DNA from: the human T2T-CHM13v2.0 reference genome, Homo sapiens
DNA length: 64,000 bases
Reading direction: 5' to 3' (one strand)
NCBI RefSeq assembly: GCF_009914755.1
Contig: NC_060948.1
Shown here: one piece after another, positions 43,098 to 57,355 of the stretch
How the letters are laid out: each line of letters begins with the position of its first letter
How positions within the stretch are numbered: the stretch's first letter is position 1
Position numbers and translations under genes: made by a program
Notes under the pieces: generated by a model
Seen by the model: the letters and a program-made list of their open reading frames with translations, nothing else
Databases searched by the model: none
What the model was told of the DNA's origin: nothing

Positions 43098-46000
43098 ATG
43101 GAATCAAATCAATGGAATCCAATCAAATGGAATGGAAAGGAATTGAATGGAGTAGATTGGATTGGATGGGATTGGAATGAAATGTACTGGAAAGGACTCG
43201 AATTTCATGAAACGGAATGGAATGAATTGGAACGGAATGGACTCGAATGGAATGGAATGTCATGGAATGGCATCAAATGGAATGGCATCAAATGGAATGG
43301 AATCGAATGCAATGGAATGTTATGGAATGGAATGGAATGCATTGGAATGGAATGTCCTCTAATGGAATGGATTCGAGTGGAATGGAATCGAATATAATGG
43401 AGTCGAATGAAATGGAATTGAAAGGAATGGGATCGAATACAATGGAATATACTGGAATGTAATGTAATGAACTCGAATGTAATTGACTGGAATGGAATGT
43501 ACATGAATGGAAGGTAATCGAATGGAAAGTAATCCAATGGAATAGAATCTAATGCAATAAAATCGACTCAGATAGAGTAGAATGTAATGGAATGGAGTGC
43601 AGTGCAATGGAATGGAATGGAATGGAATGCAATTGAATGGAATGGAATGGAATGGAATGGAATGGAATGGAATGGAATGGGATGGAATGGTATGGAATGG
43701 ATAGTAATGGACTGGAGTGAAATGGACTGGAAAGGAATGGACTCAAATTGAAAGGGCTCGAAAGGAATGGAGTCAAATGGAATGGTCTGGAATGGAATGA
43801 ACACGAATGTAATGCAATCCAATAGAATGGAATCGAATGGCATGGAATATAAAGAAATGGAATCGGAGAGAATGGAAACAAATGGAATGGAATTGAATGG
43901 AATGGAATTGAATGGAATGGGAACGAATGGAGTGAAATTGTATGCAGTAGAAGGGAATAGAATGGAATGCAAGCGAAAGGAAAGGAATGGATTGGAATGG
44001 AATGGAATTCATTGGAATGGAAGGGAATGTAGTGTAATGGACAGGCCTGGAATAAAGTGGAATGCTACGGTCTCGAATGGAATAAAAATGTATGGAATGG
44101 AATGCAATGAAATGGAATCGAATGTCATAGAATATAATGGAATGCAACAAAATGGAATCCAAAATCATTGACTGGAAAGGCTGGGTGTCGAAAGGAATTG
44201 ACTCCAATGGAATGGAATCGAATGGAATGGAAGTGAATAGAATCGAACTAAATCGAATGGAATGGAATTGATAGGAACGGAATGGAAAGGAATGCAATGA
44301 TTTGGCATGGAATGGAATCGAATGGCATCGAATGGAATGGAATGGAATGCAATGGAATGGAATGTATTAGAATGTAATGAACTTTAATGGAATGTACTCC
44401 AATGGATTCGACTGGAATGGAATGTTCTGGAAGTGAATGGACTCCAATGGAATGGATTCCAAAGGAATGGAATCGTACGGAATGGAATCTAATGGAATGG
44501 AATTAAATGGAAATGAATCAAATTGAATAGCACGGAATTGAATTGAATGGAATGGAATGCAATGGAATCTAATGAAACGGAAAGGAAAGGAATGGAATGG
44601 AATGGAATGGGCTGGAATGGAAAGGAATCGAAACGAATGGAATGGAATCGAACTGAAGAGACTGGAATGGAATGCACTGGAATGGAAGGGAGTGTAATGG
44701 AAGGTTCTCGAAAAAAATGCAATCGAATGGAATGGAATTGAATGGAACGGAATAGAGTCGAATGGAATTGAATGGAATGGAATGGACTAGAGTGATATGG
44801 AATCGAACCACAAGGAATGGAGAGGAATAGAATGGTCTCGAATTGAATGGAATCGTATGGAGTGGCATCAAACGGAATGGAATGGACAGCCACGGAATGG
44901 AATGCACTCGAATGCAATGGAGTCGAAACTAATGGACTGGAATAGAATGGACTCGACTGGTACGGACTCCAATGGAATGGGATGGAATGGAAGGGAATCG
45001 AACGGAATGGACTCGAAGGGAAAAGACTGCAATGGAAAGGTCTCGAATGGAATGGAAATAAATGGAATGGAATGGAATCGAATGAAATGGAGTCAAAAGG
45101 AATGGAATCGAATGGCAACAAATCGAATGTAATGGAATCGCAAGGAATTGATGTGAAAGGAACGGAATGGAATGGAATCCAAAGGAATGGAATAGAATGG
45201 AATGGAATCGAATGGAAAGGACTCGAATGGAAATCACTCGAATAGAATGCAATTTAATAAAATAGGATCAAATGTAATGGAATGGAATGGAAAGGAATCG
45301 AAACGAAAGGAATGGAGACAGATGGAATGGAATGGAACAGAGAGCAATGGTATAGAATGGAATGGAATCATCTGGAATGGAATTGAATGGAATGGAATAA
45401 TATGAAATGGAATGGAATGGAATGGAATGGAATGCCCTTGAATTAAATGGACTGGAATGGAATGGACTCGAACAGAGTGGAATGGAAAGTGTTGAGATAG
45501 AATGGAATGGACTCCTTTGGAATGGTGTAGTATGCAATGCAATCGACTGGCAGGGAATCAAAAGGAATGTAATGGAATGGACTGGACTGGAATGCAATGG
45601 ACTCGAATAGATTGGAAACGGAATGCAAAGAAATGGAATGGAATAGTATGGAATGGAATGGAAAGGAATGGAGTGGAATAGACTAGAGTGGAATGGAATG
45701 GACTGGAAAACAATGGACTGGAATGGAACTTTCTTGAATGGACTGGAATCAAACGGAATGGAATGCAATGCAATCAAATGGCATGGAATAAAATAGAATG
45801 AAAGAGAATCAAATGGAATTGAATCGAATGGAATCGAATGGATTGGAAAGGAATAGAATGGAATGGAATGGAATTGACTCAAATGGAATGGACTAGAATG
45901 GAATGGATTCGAATGGAAGGCAAAGGAATGGAATCTATTGGAATGGACTGTAATGGAATGGAATGGAAGGGATTGGAATGGACTCGAATGGAATGGACTG

Positions 46001-46666
46001 CAATAGAAAGGATTCGAATGGAATGAAAAAGAATTGAATGGAATAGAACAGAATGGAATCAAATCGAATGAAATGGAATGGAATAGAAAGGAATGGAATG
46101 AAATGGAATGGAAAGGATTCGAATGGAATGCAATCGAATGGAATGGAATCGAACGGAATGGAATAAAATGGAAGAAAACTGGCAAGAAATGGAATCGAAA
46201 TGAATGGAGTGTTATGGAACGGACTCAAAAGGAATTGAATGTAATAGAATGGAGTGGAGTGGACTCGAATATAATGGACTGGAATGGAATGAAATCACAT
46301 GGAATGGGAACGAATGGAATGGAATGTAAAGGAATGGAATCGAATGGAAAGGAATCGAATGGAAGGGAATGAAATTGAATCAACAGGAATGGAAGGGAAT
46401 AGAATAGACGGTAATGGAATGGACTCGAATAGAATGGACACGAATGCTCAAATTGAATGGACTCGAATGGAATGGAAACGAAAGGAATGTCATCGAATGG
46501 AATTGAATCGATTGGAATGAAATCGCATAGAATGGAGTGGAATCAAATGGAATTGAATCGAAAGGAAAGGAAGCGAATGGACTGAAATGAAATGGAATGG
46601 AATTGAATGGAAAGTAATGCAATGGAATAGAATGGAACGAAATTTCACGGAATGGAATCAAACTGA
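43098..46666 (+). repeat. DYZ1 unit 13 (3569 bp; A-type)
   Basis: +10 tract; AATCGGAGAG at 43861. Confidence 0.9.
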
Positions 46667-49600
46667 ATGGAATCAAATCAATGGAATCAAATCAAATGGA
46701 ATGGAAAGGAATTGAATGGAGTAGATTGGATTGGATGGGATTGGAATGAAATGTACTGGAAAGGACTCGAATTTCATGAAACGGAATGGAATGAATTGGA
46801 ACGGAATGGACTCGAATGGAATGGAATGTCATGGAATGGCATCAAATGGAATGGCATCAAATGGAATGGAATCGAATGCAATGGAATGCTATGGAATGGA
46901 ATGGAATGCATTGGAATGGAATGTCCTCTAATGGAATGGATTCGAGTGGAATGGAATCGAATATAATGGAGTCGAATGAAATGGAATTGAAAGGAATGGG
47001 ATCGAATACAATGGAATATACTGGAATGTAATGTAATGAACTCGAATGTAATTGACTGGAATGGAATGTACATGAATGGAATGTAATCGAATGGAAAGTA
47101 ATCCAATGGAATAGAATCTAATGCAATAAAACCGACTCAGATAGAGTAGAATGTAATGGAATGGAGTGCAGTGCAATGGAAGGGAATGGAATTGAATGAA
47201 ATGGAATGGAATGGAATGGAATGGAATGGAATGGAATGGGATGGAATGGTATGGAATGGATAGTAATGGACTGGAGTGAAATGGACTGGAAAGGAATGGA
47301 CTCAAATTGAAAGGGCTCGAAAGGAATGGAGTCAAATGGAATGGTCTGGAATGGAATGAACACGAATGTAATGCAATCCAATAGAATGGAATCGAATGGC
47401 ATGGAATATAAAGAAATGGAATCGAAGAGAATGGAAACAAATGGAATGGAATTGAATGGAATGGAATTGAATGGAATGGGAACGAATGGAGTGAAATTGT
47501 ATGCAGTAGAAGGGAATAGAATGGAATGCAAGCGAAAGGAAAGGAATGGATTGGAATGGAATGGAATTCATTGGAATGGAAGGGAATGTAGTGTAATGGA
47601 CAGGCCTGGAATAAAGTGGAATGCTACGGTCTCGAATGGAATAAAAATGTATGGAATGGAATGCAATGAAACGGAATCGAATGTCATAGAATGTAATGGA
47701 ATGCAAAAAAATGGAATCCAAAATCATTGACTGGAAAGGCTGGGTGTCGAAAGGAATTGACTCCAATGGAATGGAATCGAATGGAATGGAAGTGAATAGA
47801 ATCGAACTAAATCGAATGGAATGGAATTGATAGGAACGGAATGGAAAGGAATGCAATGATTTGGCATGGAATGGAATCGAATGGCATCGAATGGAATGGA
47901 ATGGAATGCAATGGAATGGAATGTATTAGAATGTAATGAACTTTAATGGAATGTACTCGAATGGATTCGACTGGAATGGAATGTTCTGGAAGTGAATGGA
48001 CTCCAATGGAATGGATTCAAAAGGAATGGAATCGTACGGAATGGAATCTAATGGAATGGAATTAAATGGAAATGAATCAAATTGAATAGCACGGAATTGA
48101 ATTGAATGGAATGGAATGCAATGGAATCTAATGAAACGGAAAGGAAAGGAATGGAATGGAATGGAATGGACTGGAATGGAAAGGAATCGAAACGAATGGA
48201 ATGGAATCGAACTGAAGAGACTGGAATGGAATGCACTGGAATGGAAGGGAGTGTAATGGAAGGTTCTCGAAAAAAATGGAATCGAATGGAATGGAATTGA
48301 ATGGAACGGAATAGAGTCGAATGGAATTGAATGGAATGGAATGGACTAGAGTGAAATGGAATCGAACCACAAGGAATGGACATGAATAGAATGGTCTCGA
48401 ATTGAATGGAATCGTATGGAATGGCATCAAACGGAATGGAATGGACAGCCACGGAATGGAATGCACTCGAATGCAATGGAGTCGAAACTAATGGACTGGA
48501 ATAGAATGGACTCGACTGGTACGGACTCCAATGGAATGGAATCGAATGGAAGGGAATCGAACGGAATGGACTCGAAGGGAAAAGACTGCAATGGAAAGGT
48601 CTCGAATGGAATGGAAATTAATGGAATGGAATGGAATCGAATGAAATGGAGTCAAAAGGAATGGAATCGAATGGCAAGAAATCGAATGTAATGGAATCAC
48701 AAGGAATTGATGTGAACGGAACGGAATGGAATGGAATCCAAAGGAATGGAATAGAATGGAATGGAATCGAATGGAAAGGACTCGAATGGAAATCACTCGA
48801 ATAGAATGCAATTTAATAAAATAGGATCAAATGTAATGGAATGGAATGAAAAGGAATCGAAACGAAAGGAATGGAGACAGATGGAATGGAATGGAACAGA
48901 GAGCAATGGTATAGAATGGAATGGAATCATCTGGAATGGAATTGAATGGAATGGAATAATATGAAATGGAATGGAATGGAATGGAATGGAATGCCCTTGA
49001 ATTAAATGGACTGGAATGGAATGGACTCGAACAGAGTGGAATGGAAAGTGTTGAGATAGAATGGAATGGACTCCTTTGGAATGGTGTAGTATGCAATGCA
49101 ATCGACTGGCAGGGAATCAAAAGGAATGTAATCGAATGGATTGGACTGGAATGCAATGGACTCGAATAGATTGGAAACGGAATGCAAAGGAATGGAATGG
49201 AATAGTATGGAATGGAATGGAAAGGAATGGAGTGGAATAGACTAGAGTGGAATGGAATGGACTGGAAAGCAATGGACTGGAATGGAACTTTCTTGAATGG
49301 ACTAGAATCAAACGGAATGGAATGCAATGCAATCAAATGGCATGGAATAAAATAGAATGAAAGAGAATCAAATGGAATTGAATCGAATGGAATCGAATGG
49401 ATTGGAAAGGAATAGAATGGAATGGAATGGAATTGACTCAAATGGAATGGACTAGAATGGAATGGATTCGAATGGAAGGCAAAGGAATGGAATCTATTGG
49501 AATGGACTGTAATGGAATGGAATGGAAGGGATTGGAATGGACTCGAATGGAATGGACTGCAATAGAAAGGATTCGAATGGAATGAAAAAGAATTGAATGG

Positions 49601-50224
49601 AATAGAACAGAATGGAATCAAATCGAATGAAATGGAATGGAATAGAAAGGAATGGAATGAAATGGAATGGAAAGGATTCGAATGGAATGCAATCGAATGG
49701 AATGGAATCGAACGGAATGGAATAAAATGGAAGAAAACTGGCAAGAAATGGAATCGAAATGAATGGAGAGTTATGGAACGGACTCAAAAGGAATTGAATG
49801 TAATAGAATGGAGTGGAGTGGACTCGAATATAATGGACTGGAATGGAATGAAATCACATGGAATGGGAACGAATGGAATGGAATGGAAAGGAATGGAATC
49901 GAATGGAAAGGAATCGAATGGAAGGGAATGAAATTGAATCAACAGGAATGGAAGGGAATAGAATAGACGGTAATGGAATGGACTCGAATAGAATGGACAC
50001 GAATGCTCAAATTGAATGGACTCGAATGGAATGGAAACGAAAGAATGTCATCGAATGGAATTGAATCGATTGGAATGAAATCGCACAGAATGGAGTGGAA
50101 TCAAATGGAATTGAATCGAAAGGAAAGGAAGCGAATGGACTGAAATGAAATGGAATGGAATTGAATGGAAAGTAATGCAATGGAATAGAATGGAACGAAA
50201 TTTCACGGAATGGAATCAAACTGA
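46667..50224 (+). repeat. DYZ1 unit 14 (3558 bp; B-type)
   Basis: -1 at ~50043 (CGAAAGAATGTC). Confidence 0.9.
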
Positions 50225-53200
50225 ATGGAATCAAATCAATGGAATCAAATCAAATGGAATGGAAAGGAATTGAATGGAGTAGATTGGATTGGATGGGATT
50301 GGAATGAAATGTACTGGAAAGGACTCGAATTTCATGAAACGGAATGGAATGAATTGGAACGGAATGGACTCGAATGGAATGGAATGTCATGGAATGGCAT
50401 CAAATGGAATGGTATCAAATGGAATGGAATCGAATGCAATGGAATGCTATGGAATGGAATGGAATGCATTGGAATGGAATGTCCTCTAATGGAATGGATT
50501 CGAGTGGAATGGAATCGAATATAATGGAGTCGAATGAAATGGAATTGAAAGGAATGGGATCGAATACAATGGAATATACTGGAATGTAATGTAATGAACT
50601 CGAATGTAATTGACTGGAATGGAATGTACATGAATGGAATGTAATCGAATGGAAAGTAATCCAATGGAATAGAATCTAATGCAATAAAATCGACTCAGAT
50701 AGAGTAGAATGTAATGGAATGGAGTGCAGTGCAATGGAATGGAATGGAATGGAATGCAATGGAATGGAATGGAATGGAATGGAATGGAATGGGATGGGAT
50801 GGAATGGTATGGAATGGATAGTAATGGACTGGAGTGAAATGGACTGGAAAGGAATGGACTCAAATTGAAAGGGCTCGAAAGGAATGGAGTCAAATGGAAT
50901 GGTCTGGAATGGAATGAACACGAATGTAATGCAATCCAATAGAATGGAATCGAATGGCATGGAATATAAAGAAATGGAATCGGAGAGAACGGAAACAAAT
51001 GGAATGGAATTGAATGGAATGGAATTGAATGGAATGGGAACGAATGGAGTGAAATTGTATGCAGTAGAAGGGAATAGAATGGAATGCAAGCGAAAGGAAA
51101 GGAATGGATTGGAATGGAATGGAATTCATTGGAATGGAAGGGAATGTAGTGTAATGGACAGGCCTGGAATAAAGTGGAATGCTACGGTCTCGAATGGAAT
51201 AAAAATGTATGGAATGGAATGCAATGAAATGGAATCGAATGTCATAGAATGTAATGGAATGCAAAAAATGGAATCCAAAATCATTGACTGGAAAGGCTGG
51301 GTGTCGAAAGGAATTGACTCCAATGGAATGGAATCGAATGGAATGGAAGTGAATAGAATCGAACTAAATCGAATGGAATGGAATTGATAGGAACGGAATG
51401 GAAAGGAATGCAATGATTTGGCATGGAATGGAATCGAATGGCATCGAATGGAATGGAATGGAATGCAATGGAATGGAATGTATTAGAATGTAATGAACTT
51501 TAATGGAATGTACTCGAATGGATTCGACTGGAATGGAATGTTCTGGAAGTGAATGGACTCCAATGGAATGGATTCCAAAGGAATGGAATCGTACGGAATG
51601 GAATCTAATGGAATGGAATTAAATGGAAATGAATCAAATTGAATAGCACGGAATTGAATTGAATGGAATGGAATGCAATGGAATCTAATGAAACGGAAAG
51701 GAAAGGAATGGAATGGAATGGAATGGGCTGGAATGGAAAGGAATCGAAACGAATGGAATGGAATCGAACTGAAGAGACTGGAATGGAATGCACTGGAATG
51801 GAAGGGAGTGTAATGGAAGGTTCTCGAAAAAAATGGAATCGAATGGAATGGAATTGAATGGAACGGAATAGAGTCGAATGGAATTGAATGGAATGGAATG
51901 GACTAGAGTGAAATGGAATCGAACCACAAGGAATGGACAGGAATAGAATGGTCTCGAATTGAATGGAATCGTATGGAATGGCATCAAACGGAATGGAATG
52001 GACAGCCACGGAATGGAATGCACTCGAATGCAATGGAGTCGAAACTAATGGACTGGAATAGAATGGACTCGACTGGTACGGACTCCAATGGAATGGAATC
52101 GAATGGAAGGGAATCGAACGGAATGGACTCGAAGGGAAAAGACTGCAATGGAAAGGTCTCGAATGGAATGGAAATTAATGGAATGGAATGGAATCGAATG
52201 AAATGGAGTCAAAAGGAATGGAATCGAATGGCAACAAATCGAATGTAATGGAATCGCAAGGAATTGATGTGAAAGGAACGGAATGGAATGGAATCCAAAG
52301 GAATGGAATAGAATGGAATGGAATCGAATGGAAAGGACTCGAATGGAAATCACTCGAATAGAATGCAATTTAATAAAATAGGATCAAATGTAATGGAATG
52401 GAATGGAAAGGAATCGAAACGAAAGGAATGGAGACAGATGGAATGGAATGGAACAGAGAGCAATGGTATAGAATGGAATGGAATCATCTGGAATGGAATT
52501 GAATGGAATGGAATAATATGAAATGGAATGGAATGGAATGGAATGGAATGCCCTTGAATTAAATGGACTGGAATGGAATGGACTCGAACAGAGTGGAATG
52601 GAAAGTGTTGAGATAGAATGGAATGGACTCCTTTGGAATGGTGTAGTATGCAATGCAATCGACTGGCAGGGAATCAAAAGGAATGTAATGGAATGGACTG
52701 GACTGGAATGCAATGGACTCGAATAGATTGGAAACGGAATGCAAAGAAATGGAATGGAATAGTATGGAATGGAATGGAAAGGAATGGAGTGGAATAGACT
52801 AGAGTGGAATGGAATGGACTGGAAAACAATGGACTGGAATGGAACTTTCTTGAATGGACTGGAATCAAACGGAATGGAATGCAATGCAATCAAATGGCAT
52901 GGAATAAAATAGAATGAAAGAGAATCAAATGGAATTGAATCGAATGGAATCGAATGGATTGGAAAGGAATAGAATGGAATGGAATGGAATTGACTCAAAT
53001 GGAATGGACTAGAATGGAATGGATTCGAATGGAAGGCAAAGGAATGGAATCTATTGGAATGGACTGTAATGGAATGGAATGGAAGGGATTGGAATGGACT
53101 CGAATGGAATGGACTGCAATAGAAAGGATTCGAATGGAATGAAAAAGAATTGAATGGAATAGAACAGAATGGAATCAAATCGAATGCAATGGAATGGAAT

Positions 53201-53782
53201 AGAAAGGAATGGAATGAAATGGAATGGAAAGGATTCGAATGGAATGCAATCGAATGGAATGGAATCGAACGGAATGGAATAAAATGGAAGAAAACTGGCA
53301 AGAAATGGAATCGAAATGAATGGAGTGTTATGGAACGGACTCAAAAGGAATTGAATGTAATAGAATGGAGTGGAGTGGACTCGAATATAATGGACTGGAA
53401 TGGAATGAAATCACATGGAATGGGAACGAATGGAATGGAATGGAAAGGAATGGAATCGAATGGAAAGGAATCGAATGGAAGGGAATGAAATTGAATCAAC
53501 AGGAATGGAAGGGAATAGAATAGACGGTAATGGAATGGACTCGAATAGAATGGACACGAATGCTCAAATTAAATGGACTCGAATGGAATGGAAACGAAAG
53601 GAATGTCATCGAATGGAATTGAATCGATTGGAATGAAATCGCATAGAATGGAGTGGAATCAAATGGAATTGAATCGAAAGGAAAGGAAGCGAATGGACTG
53701 AAATGAAATGGAATGGAATTGAATGGAAAGTAATGCAATGGAATAGAATGGAACGAAATTTCACGGAATGGAATCAAACTGA
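50225..53782 (+). repeat. DYZ1 unit 15 (3558 bp; A-type)
   Basis: -1 in the A-run at ~51263; CGGAGAG at 50981. Confidence 0.9.
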
Positions 53783-56700
53783 ATGGAATCAAATCAATGG
53801 AATCAAATCAAATGGAATGGAAAGGAATTGAATGGAGTATATTGGATTGGATGGGATTGGAATGAAATGTACTGGAAAGGACTCGAATTTCATGAAACGG
53901 AATGGAATGAATTGGAACGGAATGGACTCGAATGGAATGGAATGTCATGGAATGGCATCAAATGGAATGGCATCAAATGGAATGGAATCGAATGCAATGG
54001 AATGCTATGGAATGGAATGGAATGCATTGGAATGGAATGTCCTCTAATGGAATGGATTCGAGTGGAATGGAATCGAATATAATGGAGTCGAATGAAATGG
54101 AATTGAAAGGAATGGGATCGAATAGAATGGAATATACTGGAATGTAATGTAATGAACTCGAATGTAATTGACTGGAATGGAATGTACATGAATGGAATGT
54201 AATCGAATGGAAAGTAATCCAATGGAATAGAATCTAATGCAATAAAACCGACTCAGATAGAGTAGAATGTAATGGAATGGAGTGCAGTGCAATGGAAGGG
54301 AATGGAATTGAATGCAATGGAATGGAATGGAATGGAATGGAATGGAATGGAATGGAATGGAATGGAATGGGATGGAATGGTATGGAATGGATAGTAATGG
54401 ACTGCAGTGAAATGGACTGGAAAGGAATGGACTCAAATTGAAAGGGCTCGAAAGGAATGGAGTCAAATGGAATGGTCTGGAATGGAATGAACACGAATGT
54501 AATGCAATCCAATAGAATGGAATCGAATGGCATGGAATATAAAGAAATGGAATCGAAGAGAATGGAAACAAATGGAATGGAATTGAATGGAATGGAATTG
54601 AATGGAATGGGAACGAATGGAGTGAAATTGTATGCAGTAGAAGGGAATAGAATGGAATGCAAGCGAAAGGAAAGGAATGGATTGGAATGGAATGGAATTC
54701 ATTGGAATGGAAGGGAATGTAGTGTAATGGACAGGCCTGGAATAAAGTGGAATGCTACGGTCTCGAATGGAATAAAAATTTATGGAATGGAATGCAATGA
54801 AACGGAATCGAATGTCATAGAATGTAATGGAATGCAAAAAAATGGAATCCAAAATCATTGACTGGAAAGGCTGGGTGTCGAAAGGAATTGACTCCAATGG
54901 AATGGAATCGAATGGAATGGAAGTGAATAGAATCGAACTAAATCGAATGGAATGGAATTGATAGGAACGGAATGGAAAGGAATGCAATGATTTGGCATGG
55001 AATGGAATCGAATGGCATCGAATGGAATGGAATGGAATGCAATGGAATGGAATGTATTAGAATGTAATGAACTTTAATGGAATGTACTCGAATGGATTCG
55101 ACTGGAATGGAATGTTCTGGAAGTGAATGGACTCCAATGGAATGGATTCAAAAGGAATGGAATCGTACGGAATGGAATCTAATGGAATGGAATTAAATGG
55201 AAATGAATCAAATTGAATAGCACGGAATTGAATTGAATGGAATGGAATGCAATGGAATCTAATGAAACGGAAAGGAAAGGAATGGAATGGAATGGAATGG
55301 ACTGGAATGGAAAGGAATCGAAACGAATGGAATGGAATCGAACTGAAGAGACTGGAATGGAATGCACTGGAATGGAAGGGAGTGTAATGGAAGGTTCTCG
55401 AAAAAAATGGAATCGAATGGAATGGAATTGAATGGAACGGAATAGAGTCGAATGGAATTGAATGGAATATAATGGACTAGAGTGAAATGGAATCGAACCA
55501 CAAGGAATGGAGAGGAATAGAATGGTCTCGAATTGAATGGAATCGTATGGAATGGCATCAAACGGAATGGAATGGACAGCCACGGAATGGAATGCACTCG
55601 AATGCAATGGAGTCGAAACTAATGGACTGGAATAGAATGGACTCGACTGGTACGGACTCCAATGGAATGGAATCGAATGGAAGGGAATCGAACGGAATGG
55701 ACTCGAAGGGAAAAGACTGCAATGGAAAGGTCTCGAATGGAATGGAAATTAATGGAATGGAATGGAATCGAATGAAATGGAGTCAAAAGGAATGGAATCG
55801 AATGGCAAGAAATCGAATGTAATGGAATCACAAGGAATTGATGTGAACGGAACGGAATGGAATGGAATCCAAAGGAATGGAATAGAATGGAATGGAATCG
55901 AATGGAAAGGACTCGAATGGAAATCACTCGAATAGAATGCAATTTAATAAAATAGGATCAAATGTAATGGAATGGAATGAAAAGGAATCGAAACGAAAGG
56001 AATGGAGACAGATGGAATGGAATGGAACAGAGAGCAATGGTATAGAATGGAATGGAATCATCTGGAATGGAATTGAATGGAATGGAATAATATGAAATGG
56101 AATGGAATGGAATGGAATGGAATGCCCTTGAATTAAATGGACTGGAATGGAATGGACTCGAACACAGTGGAATGGAAAGTGTTGAGATAGAATGGAATGG
56201 ACTCCTTTGGAATGGTGTAGTATGCAATGCAATCGACTGGCAGGGAATCAAAAGGAATGTAATCGAATGGATTGGACTGGAATGCAATGGACTCGAATAG
56301 ATTGGAAACGGAATGCAAAGGAATGGAATGGAATAGTATGGAATGGAATGGAAAGGAATGGAGTGGAATAGACTAGAGTGGAATGGAATGGACTGGAAAG
56401 CAATGGACTGGAATGGAACTTTCTTGAATGGACTGGAATCAAACGGAATGGAATGCAATGCAATCAAATGGCATGGAATAAAATAGAATGAAAGAGAATC
56501 AAATGGAATTGAATCGAATGGAATCGAATGGATTGGAAAGGAATAGAATGGAATGGAATGGAATTGACTCAAATGGAATGGACTAGAATGGAATGGATTC
56601 GAATGGAAGGCAAAGGAATGGAATCTATTGGAATGGACTGTAATGGAATGGAATGGAAGGGATTGGAATGGACTCGAATAGAATGGACTGCAATAGAAAG

Positions 56701-57355
56701 GATTCGAATGGAATGAAAAAGAATTGAATGGAATAGAACAGAATGGAATCAAATCGAATGAAATGGAATGGAATAGAAAGGAATGGAATGAAATGGAATG
56801 GAAAGGATTCGAATGGAATGCAATCGAATGGAATGGAATCGAACGGAATGGAATAAAATGGAAGAAAACTGGCAAGAAATGGAATCGAAATGAATGGAGA
56901 GTTATGGAACGGACTCAAAAGGAATTGAATGTAATAGAATGGAGTGGAGTGGACTCGAATATAATGGACTGGAATGGAATGAAATCACATGGAATGGGAA
57001 CGAATGGAATGGAATGGAAAGGAATGGAATCGAATGGAAAGGAATCGAATGGAAGGGAATGAAATTGAATCAACAGGAATGGAAGGGAATAGAATAGACG
57101 GTAATGGAATGGACTCGAATAGAATGGACACGAATGCTCAAATTGAATGGACTCGAATGGAATGGAAACGAAAGAATGTCATCGAAAGGAATTGAATCGA
57201 TTGGAATGAAATCGCACAGAATGGAGTGGAATCAAATGGAATTGAATCGAAAGGAAAGGAAGCGAATGGACTGAAATGAAATGGAATGGAATTGAATGGA
57301 AAGTAATGCAATGGAATAGAATGGAACGAAATTTCACGGAATGGAATCAAACTGA
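53783..57355 (+). repeat. DYZ1 unit 16 (3573 bp; B-type)
   Basis: +15 tract, -1 at ~57174. Confidence 0.9.

Noticed and set aside
16225-51270. Single-base deletions in A7 runs (~16231, ~51263) as meaningful frameshifts
   Set aside because: These are homopolymer slips or sequencing errors in non-coding satellite and only alter artefactual ORFs.
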